Positions 1 to 11,118 of a DNA stretch of 64,000 nt are shown here, in pieces (positions within the stretch are counted from its first letter, which is position 1; every line of letters begins with the position of its first letter). The position numbers and the translations under genes are program-made. The notes under the pieces were generated by a model. That model worked only from the letters and a program-made list of their open reading frames with translations. It was not told the origin of the DNA and searched no databases. The stretch comes from Mytilus trossulus (Eukaryota), in NCBI RefSeq assembly GCF_036588685.1, contig NC_086378.1, forward strand, positions 88,412,001 to 88,476,000. The letters are read 5' to 3'.

Positions 1-231
1 TACCTCTGCTGGTGAACTCCTCATTTAGTAGTCGTACTTCGATACAGGCATAATTTATAACAATCCTAATAAAATTGTCTATTTAAAATTTTGAAATTAA
101 TTAAAAGCTAAAGTTTCAACTCCCGAAAGCAAAGCTGACCATAGATAGATTTGTACTGTTTTTATTTTATCGTAGTGTCTTCAACTGTTTCGATTCTTAT
201 ATATCCCTGGCTTTCAAATGTTTGACATTTA

Positions 232-273
232 GCGTTACTGATGAAGGTTAATCCAGAAAAGCGCGTCAGACGC
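232..273 (+). ncRNA. Divergent type I hammerhead ribozyme motif in an old retrozyme-like copy (~1-290)
   Basis: gcgtta-CTGATGA-agg ttaat cca-GAAA-agcgc-GTC-agacgc. Upstream sequence is loosely similar to the retrozyme monomer. Confidence 0.5.
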
Positions 274-1146
274 ACAAAATGTATAACGTGTTGTCTCCAT
301 TGCTCATAACCAATAATACGTTCAATAAAATCAAAAAGCTAAAATTAAAAAAAAACAGTTTCTGATGAGTACTGAATTTTAACTATAACTTACCTCGTCC
401 TACAGTGACATTTTTTCATCAATCCCTATCGTTAACGACGTTAATGTCCCAACCATAAAAATAGTGTACATCATTTGAAAGCTTTTTATCCATACTTTCA
501 GATTTGTCCGGTCGTAAAATATTCGTAAAGTGTGACTTTGTGTGTTTCTTTGGTACATATCACGCGGCTCTGTGCTCTTAATGATCCCGCTATTATGTTA
601 TTGTTCTCTTATAATTTTGAAAATACTTTGAAAGACATTATTATTTGACTTGCGAAGTGGTATTAACCTTTTATGGGTTCTTCAAAATTATAAAGATCTT
701 CTGGATAGTTTTTAATCTCGGTCTTTTTTCTAAAATCAGTTCTAACAAAACTTTTGATTTTTCAACCCTATTACATGTTACACCATTATTAATGTAAATT
801 TATAATATTGAAATTACACCGAACGACAAAATTACTTTATATTTTTTCCTGTGTGACGTTTAAATTTTCTGACGTCAAACACGCGACTACACTTAGAGTT
901 GATGTGAATGCAGGCATATGGCTTCAAATATTTCAATTCTTTATGGGTTGATTTTAAATACTATATAAGTAAGAAATGCCTGTGGTTGTTAAATTTGATA
1001 GATGCTTTTTGTGCTGCTTTTTTTTAAATATTTGTTTGTTTTGAGATTGTGACACAGTGATGACTGCTTTACCCATATTTTTTTACCATTTTCAGTATTT
1101 ATGTGATTTTACTTTTTTCCATTCAATTTTGGTCAAAGGACTTTAA

Positions 1147-1565
1147 GAAGGTTCTCGTTTGCTTATTGTTTTATGAAATGGTATGAATTTTATAAAATGA
1201 AATACAATAATTCTTTATAAAAAAATAAATTGCACAGTATTCACAGAAATGGCAAACTTTGCCTTAATTGGGACAACTTATTGGAATTAAGGATCATCAA
1301 TGCTCTTCAACTTTGTACTTATTTGACTTTATAAATATTTTGATCTGTGTGTCACTGATAAGTCTAATGAAGACGAAACGCACGTCTGGCGTATTAAATT
1401 ATAATGCTGGTACCTTTTTCAGATGGCTTATCCTTATACATGTAAAGGATTTTCAAAAAGAAAAAAGGGGGTCACTGGACAAATTTTTTCAAGGCATTCA
1501 AATGGATAAAACCTGAGGATTCCGAAAATCTGACAAAAAATCCAAAACATGACAAGCCAGCTTCC
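1147..1565. mobile_element. TTAA-flanked MITE (Kolobok-like), related to 48187-49959
   Basis: TTAA on both sides. Shares atggataaaacc.gaggattccgaaaatctga.aaaaaatc with 49895-49936. Confidence 0.55.
1296..1420 (+). ncRNA. Retrozyme fragment with hammerhead motif (1349-1391; core mutated to CTGATAA)
   Basis: gtgtca-ctgataa-gtctaatgaagac-gaaa-cgcac-gtc-tggcg. Inserted in a TTAA-flanked MITE. Confidence 0.7.
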
Positions 1566-1815
1566 TTAAGGGTCAAGGAACGTGAGTTCAATAAATTGTA
1601 TCGGAAACATCCTCTTATTGAAGCTGTCACAATTACCGAAAAACAAAGCCATCTAAAAAAACTGTGAAATATGGACCTTTTTGCTGCCCTTTGCTTTCCG
1701 ACTAATTTTATGATTTATATACTGCTTAGGTAACACAAAAATGTAAATCTGTCTTAAAAAAAGGACAACGATTGTGAACTGCTTTAAACCATTCCAAGAT
1801 GGCGGTTTACAGTGA

Positions 1816-2302
1816 ATAAACTCATCATAGATACCAGGATAAAACTTTTCTATTTTGGCCAGACGCGCGTTTCATATACAAAAGACTCATCAGTTACGCT
1901 TGAATCAAAGTGTGTTAAAAAGGTCAAATATAGTACGAATTTGTAGAGTATTGAGGATAAAAATATATCTAAACAGTTTGGCCAAATACAGCTAAGGTTA
2001 TCTATATAAGTTTTGTAAAAGGTGGTAACACATTCCTGTTGGAGAAAAACATTAGTATTTAAATTTTTTTCTAATAATGACCATATCAATGATAATTCAT
2101 ATCAACATAGAAGTGCCGACTACTACCTCAGGGAATAAAAAATTCCATCAGCAGTGACATCGACTCTATGCTTGTAAATGAACTCAACATAGATACCATG
2201 ATAGACATTTTGTATTTGCGCCAGACCTACGTTTCGTCTAAACAAAAGACTTACAAGTGACGCTCGAATCAAAAAAGGTTATAAAGGTCAAAATACAGTA
2301 CG
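1816..2302 (-). ncRNA. Retrozyme-like repeat, ~1.3 monomers, hammerhead motifs at 1859-1900 and 2219-2265
   Basis: Minus strand gcgtaa-ctgatga-gtcttttgtatat-gaaa-cgcgc-gtc-tggcc; second motif degenerate; period 362 nt. Confidence 0.75.
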
Positions 2303-2739
2303 AATCTACCGTAAAATATCCTGCATCAAGTCAGGAATTTGACAGTTGTTATCCAATGTCCGTTTCTATGTATGTTGGCAATTGTCTTTGCTTCAGTTCG
2401 GTGTTTCTGTTATTCCGTTGGTTTCCTCTTTTTTTTTGGTTTGTGACCCGGATTTGTTTTCGATTAATCGATTTATGGCTATTGAACAGCGATATACTAC
2501 TGTTACAATTATTCACCAAACTGTATAGCACTAGGTATTATAGCAAGAATAAAAATATCTAGAGAAAATATTGATAGAGTGATTCAACGTTGGACAACGG
2601 ACAATCAGTGACATGAAGTCTACAACCTTCCATATTTATCTGTAAGTATGATATTGTATACTTCCTATCTACTATAATTTAACTAGGACAGGAGAACATG
2701 TATTCAGATATCTATTTAGAATTCCAAAATTTATGAAAT

Positions 2740-5700
2740 ATGATTACATATGTGAGATTAGCTTTTATAGCTCTTTATTTGGCTGAAGCAGGGACAAAAG
2801 GTAAGTCATAGTCTTTTTCAGGTGTTAACTATTGTTTTATCTTAAAAAAAAATAACTATACCATGAGCTTTATATTTAAGCCTGACTACGATTGTAGAAG
2901 GCAATTTGTTTTCGGGCTTTTGCGTCCGTTCGTTAGTCAGTCTTGTGTCAGGTCAAAGTGTGAGGTTAAGGCAGTTGACAATAAACATGTTTATTATGAT
3001 ATGAATCTATGCTAAGTTACTGTTGACCCGATTCACGGTTCCTGAACCTAGAAATGAGATGCTGTCAAATGGGCTACCATAGGCTTTGGGTATCTATAAA
3101 TTGTCCTATTCACAGTTTTGTTTCAATGATTGTTCTTTTTTAATTTGCTATTTCCTAAATCTTAAAAAATAATTTAAATCTATAACTTATTTTCACTAGG
3201 AATTTAGATCGAGACAATCTAATGCTGACTCTTACAATTATAAAATAATGTTTACAATTCTTACTTATCAGATATCAACATTAAAATCGTACCAGAACAT
3301 GTTTACCTTGATTCAAGAGATGTTAATATATCATGCGAGTTCAATTCTAATTTGGTTAAAACTCCACAGTGGATAACTATAAGAAGAAATGGTCTGTTCC
3401 TATTACATGACGTCGTTATTGCTACTGGTAATAAAACAGAGCTGGGCGAGTTTTTTCGTGACAGTAAATACAGATCCAGGATGGAGATAAATGGAAGTGT
3501 GGCTGACCAACGTGTAAATGTTATGATGAGAACCATGGAATGTGAAGATGAAGCACACTATGAGTGCGTTGTTGGTGGTCACAATGACAATGGGTCACTG
3601 CAAATGTTTTCAGATTCGTATTCTTTAGTTGTTAATTGTGAGTATGTACACAATTTATTTTAATATTTCATATAAATTTTTGTTACTATTTTCAGTGTGT
3701 CATTTACTTCTAGAATAAATGCACTGACTAAAAATCAAGATTTCTAAAATAAATTGAAAAAGTCGAGAAAAGGGTAACTTTAACTTTTTATTTTTATAAG
3801 TCGGTACTATATACTATGACGTGATATCCGAAATAGATAGCACACTATCTGAGAATCAAGTTATTGATTTTGGAGAAGACTAAAATTCTTCCTACCACTA
3901 TTTGTCATGTTTAACGTGAGGGTATCCAAATTGCAACTATTTTTAGTTTTTTAACCTACATTTATTTATGCTCAGATAAAAGTTTCCATTATGTGTTTAT
4001 TTTGTAGATGTATCATTATTTACTATATGGTTTTACCAATTTAATTTTGAATCCATATGGAATCATAGAACAAATGATCTGAACTGACCTCCAAATCATC
4101 AATGATTCTGTAATAAGGAGTACCTAAATTGCATACATGCTTAAATTCATATCGTCAAAAGTTGAATAACAGAGTTTTTGTTTAATTTCTTCAAATTGTT
4201 TGAACCATTAAATATCAGTCCATGCCTACTCTTAATTTTTTAAGAAATAGATACTTGTAACATATTTTATTTGCTAATTTTAAAAAAAGATGACGTTTTG
4301 ATGACGCCGCATGGCGATGTTTCCGTACATTTTGCTATTTCAGTAATTACCTCAACTGTTTGAATACTGTGGGCGTATTGTGTATATCTAAAATACGTTT
4401 ACCTATACTGAAAGACGTGCGTAGTATCAAATCATAAAAATACAAATTGTTTTGTTTCTAGGAAATCTTGTAAGATTTCCGCTGCTTGTTTTGATAAAAA
4501 GTTGCAATTTGGGTACTTGATGCAATTTGGGTACCGCGACGTTACGGTCATTAGAATGTCCTTGTTTTGTTGTTGGAAACCTAAAAATTAATTTTAAAAA
4601 TAAAATAAAAATAAAACTGCAGGTGCACAATGTCATTAAGTAAGGCAGAAAAGTGCAGTCAGACAATCGAATGACCGGAAGAAAGATCGCACGGACATAA
4701 TGTTCAATATGCACTACCGAGGAGAAGCTTAACAGAGATTAACAAGAAAATGAGTAATGATAAACAGTGCTAGCTGAATGTTTTTTTTTATATTTCAAAC
4801 TGTTAAACTTTGGTATACAAATGGGTATTAAAAAGAACTATTTAACCAAAGCTTGTTTCGTGTTTAGGACCAATTATGTATGTTTAATCTTGCTTCATTC
4901 AATGTGAAACACAGGTTCCTTTTACATTTTTTTATTTTACAGCTCATTCGGAAAGACCAACAATAACAGTAAACGGATCATCGGTTCTTAATAAGACATT
5001 CATAGGGGTAAAGGCAGGTGAAGAAGTTCATATAGAATGTGATGCTTATGTTGGTAAACCGCCTATAACTATGCACTGGTACAAATATGATGCAAACAAT
5101 GGTTCTTATATCACTGAAAGAAACATGACAGGCAAACGTAAGTTTTATTCTAAAAACGTCATGTTATCGGAATTTGTCCCAAATGATATTGAAAATATAT
5201 GTTCAGAATTATTTAGGACAGATTGTATTTTAAATAGGGAAACACCAATGGTAAAATAACTCTACAAACTGGAATGGAACTCTTATATTGTAATAAGCTC
5301 GTTGTAATCCATTTTAATGGACATCTTTTAATTTTTTATTTTAATCATCATAAATACAGAAAATTCTATATTAGTAATAGCAACAAATTTTGAAAAAATC
5401 TGATATGATACTAATGACAAACCTTTGAAATGTTCTAAATATTAAGGATTTTCTACCAAAGGGATAATATCACCAGCCCGGTAGTCAGCACTTCGGTATT
5501 GACATGAATATCAATTCTTACATGACGTCCTTCAAACGCTTTGAGTACACACCCGTGGTAAAATATGAATATATTTCATTGGCTGTTCCGATCGTACTTC
5601 CACGTCATATGTTTTTTTATGAATGAAGTACCCGACGTCATAGAATGATGACGTAATAATTTAAGCAATTTACGGGAGAATACACGCTTCTGATATCAAA

Positions 5701-7368
5701 AATTCTACAACAAGGAAACGTAAACAAACGATGCTAAAAAGTGGTATAAGCCCATTTTTTTTATACATAGAAGACACATAAGTAAATTCATCCAAATCCA
5801 TCTAAATACGTTATTGTAAATAGTTTGATCATGTCACTAATTATGTTTGCTCCGTTCTTTTCCGCCAATCTAAAAGTGCGTAAATTTATGGGAACGGCAA
5901 ATATTTGCCTCCACCTAGAGCGCTTCGATCCAAAAGAAGTGCCGTTTTTGTCCTATAAGAATCGAAATAATTCATGGGGGCTTGAATATATCTAGATTTT
6001 ACCACGGGTTGTCCCTTTATGCCGATATTTTACCACTCGCTATCGCTCAGGGTAAAATATTTGTCATAAAGGGCCAACCCGTGGTAAATTCACGAAATAT
6101 TCGAGCCCCCATTAATTATTTCTTAATTATATGGTCATTTTAATAAATTTTCTTTTACAAAATTTTGAATTTTTCGAAAAAATAAGGATCTTCTTATCCC
6201 AGGAAAAGATTACCTTAGCCGTATTTGTCACAACGTTTTTTGGAATTTTGAGTCTCAATGCTCTTCAACTTTGTTCTTGTTAGGCGCTAAAACTATTTTG
6301 ATCTGAGAGCGTCACTGATGAGTCTTATGTAAACGAAACGCACGTCTGGCGTATGAAATCATAATCCTGGTACCTTTGATAAATATTTACACCCTTTGGT
6401 CAATGCCATTGCTGGTAGACGTTTCGTCCCCGAGGGTATCAACAGCCTAGTAGACAGCACTTCGGTGTTGACATGAAAATCAATTATATGGTCATTTGTA
6501 TAAATGTCCTGTTACAAAACTTTGGATTTTTCGAAATACTAAGGATTTTCATATCCCAGGAAAAGATAACCTTAGCCGTATTTGGCACAGCTTTTTTTTT
6601 GAATTTTGGGTCTTCAATGATCTTCAACTTTGTACTTGTTTGGTTTTATAACTATTTTGATCTGAGAGCATCACTGATGAGTCTTATGTAGACGAAACGC
6701 ACGTATGGCGTATTGAATCACAATCCCGGTACCTTTGATAACTATATATTACCTTAAATGTGTTTCGCAAACATTTCGGAGATTTGGGTCCTCACTCCTA
6801 AGTGATCTTTGATTTGTACTTTATTTTTCCTTACAACTTTGTTGATTTGAGCGTGATGTGTGAGTCTTTTGTACACGAAACGCGTCTGTCATACACAATT
6901 GTTACTTGCATTTATAAACCTTTAGATTATTCCTTTGTTAAATCATAATTATTCTATCAATAGTTTTAGTGTATAACAAACAAGTACACGAAAGTTGCAT
7001 ACTTAGTTTTTCAATAATAAATATTTTAGTAAGATGAATTGATGGATAAATATTTAACATCCAGAGGCAAATAGTGTATGTATATCAGGTATTAAACAGT
7101 CATATTACTCTTATTTACACAAGAGTTCGTATTTTGCCACTATATTTTTCGCTGAAAAGAAAATCCCCTGCCTAGTTTTGAAGATTTATTTTATTTTATT
7201 TTAACAATTTATTTTGCAGCTTCACGAAGATTGCCGATTGGAAACTTTTGCAATTATTACACAACATTTCCTTTAGGATTTATTGCCTCCCTTAGTACAC
7301 CGGAAGTCAGACTTAGATGTGCAGTAGGAAATGAACAAGAAGACGTGATTATAAATGTTTCGACCTGA
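2740..7368 (+). CDS. Secreted two-immunoglobulin-domain protein (4 coding exons)
   Basis: Exons 2740-2800 (MITYVRLAFIALYLAEAGTK, signal peptide), 3272-3637 (V-like Ig: NISCEF...QWITI...MECEDEAHYECVV), 4943-5137 (VHIECDAYVGKP...MHWYK), 7220-7368 (...VRLRCAVG...NVST*). All introns are GT-AG and phase 1, and the frame is continuous. No TM segment. Confidence 0.8.
5467..6895 (+). ncRNA. Tandem retrozyme-like repeat with hammerhead motifs at 6309-6351, 6668-6710 and a degenerate one at 6850-6890; interrupted by an insertion at ~5517-6124
   Basis: gcgtca-ctgatga-gtcttatgta(a/g)ac-gaaa-cgcac-gt(c/a)-tggcg; CTGATGA at 6315 and 6674 (period 359). Confidence 0.85.
5517..6124. mobile_element. Non-autonomous element ending in a ~155-bp hairpin (5966-6121)
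   Basis: Splits a retrozyme copy at gacatgaatatcaatt|...|atatggtcattt. Arms aaataattcatgggggcttgaatat...ttaccacgggttg / caacccgtggtaa...atattcgagcccccattaattattt. Confidence 0.65.
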
Positions 7369-7466
7369 ATCGGTGCTTTATAATATTAAACCACAAACAA
7401 TTTATCCTAGATCAAACTGTTCAAGTATATAGCTAAAGTGCCAGAACGCATACATAGAACTATTGT

Positions 7467-7746
7467 GACTTGAATTGTTCATGTTGTCATTGATATGGTC
7501 TTAATTATAAATAAGCTCTTTACAATCTTTTGATTTTTTTGAAATACTAAGACTTTTCTACCTCAGAAATAGATTATCCTCGCTGTTTTTGACAAATCTT
7601 TTATGAACTCTTTGTCATCTATGCTCTTCAACTCCATACTATGTTATGCCTATTAAACTTGTTTTATACGAGCGTCACTTATGAGTCTTTTGTAGAGGAA
7701 ACGCGCGTCTGGTGATCAAACTTCTTGGTATCTATGATGATTTTAT
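7467..7746 (+). ncRNA. Partial retrozyme copy, hammerhead motif 7672-7714 (core CTTATGA)
   Basis: gcgtca-cttatga-gtcttttgtagag-gaaa-cgcgc-gtc-tggtg. Confidence 0.7.
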
Positions 7747-8111
7747 TTTCAAGAATTGTATACTAAAAAACCCATCAAAGACACTTATTTTTACTAAATG
7801 CCGTAAATATCATTGTAGCTTTAAAAATCAAAATGTGATTAAATAACACTTTATTCATGTTTATAAAATTATGACTTCAAATTATTGGCATTAACAAACC
7901 ATATTATACTGTGCCTTATTCTCTACTGCAAGCTAGACCACGGGAAAGTAAAAAATATCTGATAAAAAATGAATTCTACATTGGCTAGAGGTAAATGGGG
8001 GAGGTTTCAGATCTCACAAAACATGTTTAACCCCACAACATGTTTGCGCCTGTCACAAGCCAGGAGCCGTCTTGTGTGGTTTTTTTTTAAATTTCTATGT
8101 TTTGGAGTTTA

Positions 8112-8505
8112 TAGTTATCAAAGGTACCAGGATTATAATTTAGTACGCCAGACGCGCGTTTCATCTACATAAGACTCATCAGTGACGCTCATATCAAAAT
8201 ATTTATAAAGCCAAAACAAGTACAAAGTTGAAGAGCATTGAGAACCAAAAATTCCAAAAAGTTGTGCCAAATACATCTAAGGTAATCTATGCCTGGGATA
8301 AGAAAATCCTTAGTTTTTCGAAAAGTTCAAAATTTGTAAATATGAAATTTATAAAAAAATGAAATAAAAAAAAGACCATATTATTGATATTCATGTCAAC
8401 ACCGAAGTGTTGTCTACTGGGCTGGTGATACCTTTGGGGACGAAACGTCCACCAGCAGTGGCATCGACCCAGTGGTGTAAATAATTATCAAAGGTACCAG
8501 GATTA
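8112..8505 (-). ncRNA. Complete retrozyme monomer (370 nt + 21-nt terminal redundancy), best-preserved hammerhead at 8146-8188
   Basis: Minus strand gcgtca-CTGATGA-gtcttatgtagat-GAAA-cgcgc-GTC-tggcg. ttatcaaaggtaccaggatta is repeated at 8115-8135 and 8485-8505. Interrupts a dispersed repeat whose uninterrupted form is at 61485-61745. Confidence 0.88.
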
Positions 8506-10085
8506 GTGTGACCTCCGTTTTCACTGAACTAGTACATAATCTTATTTAGGAGCAAGCTGAGGATAACCTCTGGTGTGAGATTTTCTCGTTACGTTGAAGA
8601 CCCATATGTTGCCTTCGACTGTTGTCTGCTCTTTGGTCGGGTTGTTGCCTCTTTGACATATTCAGAAACATGTATTGTAATGTTCAGAGAGGACATCATC
8701 ATGGCATGCCAAATTGTCGGTTTGTTTTCCTGTCAATTTACCCGGCTTTCTGTCGATTTCGTTTACAATATCTGAGCCATGACCTTTTACTGCCTGGATA
8801 CAAAACACACTTTAATAAGTTAGCACCAATGATCAACCAAATAATTCAGGACAAAGTAACAGGTTGTAGTGTATAACAATGACAATTAAGATAATATCAA
8901 TGACAATAATATTAATAAAAAACTTAAAATCTATCACTTCAATAAACATTACCTCTCTTGATGCGTTGGTAAGTTGCAAATGTTATATATCTTAAAGACA
9001 TAATATTGACGCTACCACTTTCTTAGTTGTCTTAGTTTACCATTACGTATGTCTTTAAAAAAAATATCAAACTTCAAAACCTATTTAGTGAAGAAAACTG
9101 AAAATTTGAAATGACATGACTTTCAAAAATGTGGAAAACCCATCGCAAACAAATCTACACGTGAAATCGATATAAGAGTAAGATGTGGTATAATTTCAAG
9201 ATAACTACCCATAAAGGAATTACAGTTACCGTATGGCTTTCAACAGATATAACAAAACTTAAAGTAAGCCATGGACGCCCATGTGATGACAAATTTTTAA
9301 ACATTTCGAAAGAGAAAACTAACGCCCAAACTTACGATTTACAATGATAAAAAAAACCAACGTAGTATGACAACTATGATAGACAAAAACCAATGAAAAT
9401 CACGTGATTACAGGTTCCTGGCAAAACAAAGACAAGACAGAATGGTTATTGTGTTGTGCATCTCTATGATCTGTTTAAAACGATGGAATAGTCAATATCA
9501 CCTTTCAAATAAACGAATGGATCCATTATGCGCACTGATAAGTGCCCCCAAAAACAGGAAAGCTGTAGGTAACATGACCAAAATACAACAATAGAAACGA
9601 ATAATACAATAAAGTACTATCATATCTAAGACTATTGAAATTTTAATTCAAGTGTTCTCCCACAAATGAATATGGACTAAACAAAATTAAAGGTAGATAC
9701 TAAATGTATAATTCAATTCCGAAGTCAAAAATAACCTGACACCGCCATGGAAAAAACTCAGAGAGAAGAAAAACAACCAAAAGACCAAAAACATAGTTTA
9801 GTTAGTACAATACAAAACACATTCTCTCATTTACGAAATGGAAATACATTTCTAAAACTTTTATTTTATTTCAATATATTAGTCGTGCGCATGGCTTGTT
9901 CCACATTAGAATGATAAAGAATAAAAAAGAAGTATCCATGGTTGAAAAAAAACAACACAATAACGGTTGAAATACGACCTCGATGTTGAGTGGCTCATAA
10001 GACTCTTCAATCTACCATTTTCTAAATAAGAAAAGCCTGCACCAAGTCAGGAATATGTCAGTTGTTATTCATTCGTTAGATGTGT

Positions 10086-11118
10086 AAAAAGTTAAATCCT
10101 AAATTTACTGGTCTCTGAGGAAAATTCAAAACGGAAAGTCCCTAATCAAATGAAAAAGTCAAATGATGAAACACTTCAAACGAATGGACAACAACTGTTA
10201 TATTTCTGACTTGGTACATACATTTTCGTATGTAGAAAATGGTGAATTAGCACTTTTTGTGCTGACATGAATTGTCATAGATATGGTTATATTTATAAAT
10301 TTAATGTTTACAAATTTTTGAATTTTTTTAAATACTTAGGCTTTTCTACCTCATGCATATATTACCTTAGCTGTATTTGGCAAAACTTGTAGGAATTTTG
10401 GTCCTCAATGCTCTTCAACTTCGTACATTACATTTTGTATTTGGCTTTTTTTTTTTCTTTTTTTTTTTAAACTTTTTTGGATTTGAGCGTCATTGAGGAG
10501 TCTTTTGAAGACGAAACGCGCGTCTGGCGTATATACTTAATCTAGTTCTGGTATCTATGATGAGTTTATTTATATATGGTTTTATAGCGCTAAACATCTC
10601 ACTTGTACGATATTCGCACCAAATTCCATTATATTGACAATGGTGCGTGAACAAAACAGACATAATATGAGTACAACAACAATACGAACCCCTTAAAAAA
10701 CTGGGAATGATTTCATGTGCTCCGGAAGGGTAAGCAGATCCTGATTCACATGTAGCGCCCGTCGTGTTGCTAATGTAATTACAAAGCCGGTAAATAGTCT
10801 AATTTGGTAGGTTATATCGTGAAAAGGGAACGGGATTGCAGTTTCGACATAGAGAACATATCCGATACTATAGGTTTAACGGATTTTCCATAACGGTCCA
10901 TCAAACTGTGATGGTGTCCATAAAATTTACGAAGTAATGGTTTTAACTTCACCATTTGGAACTCTTAATTTAAAAACGAAATTTGAAAGCTGAAATCATC
11001 TCTTTTGTCGTTAAGTTTTGTTTTCGGACGACACTGTTTTAACTTTTTATTCTAATGATTAGGGACATTCCGTTTTGATTTTCCTCGGATTTCAGTATTT
11101 TTGTGATTTTACTTTTTG
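10086..11118 (-). mobile_element. Degenerate 5'-truncated Penelope-like copy (related subfamily) with inverted terminal duplication; interrupted by a retrozyme copy
   Basis: 10685-11030 aligns with the RT end/3'UTR (tgctccggaagggtaagcagatcctg; aaagctgaaatcatctcttttgtcg). 10086-10153 and 11052-11118 are inverted copies of each other. Confidence 0.65.
10250..10572 (+). ncRNA. Retrozyme copy, hammerhead motif 10487-10529 (core TTGAGGA)
   Basis: gcgtca-ttgagga-gtcttttgaagac-gaaa-cgcgc-gtc-tggcg. Confidence 0.75.

Noticed and set aside
8680-9060. Possible minus-strand exons
   Set aside because: Splice-like sites exist but no coherent multi-exon reading frame could be assembled.
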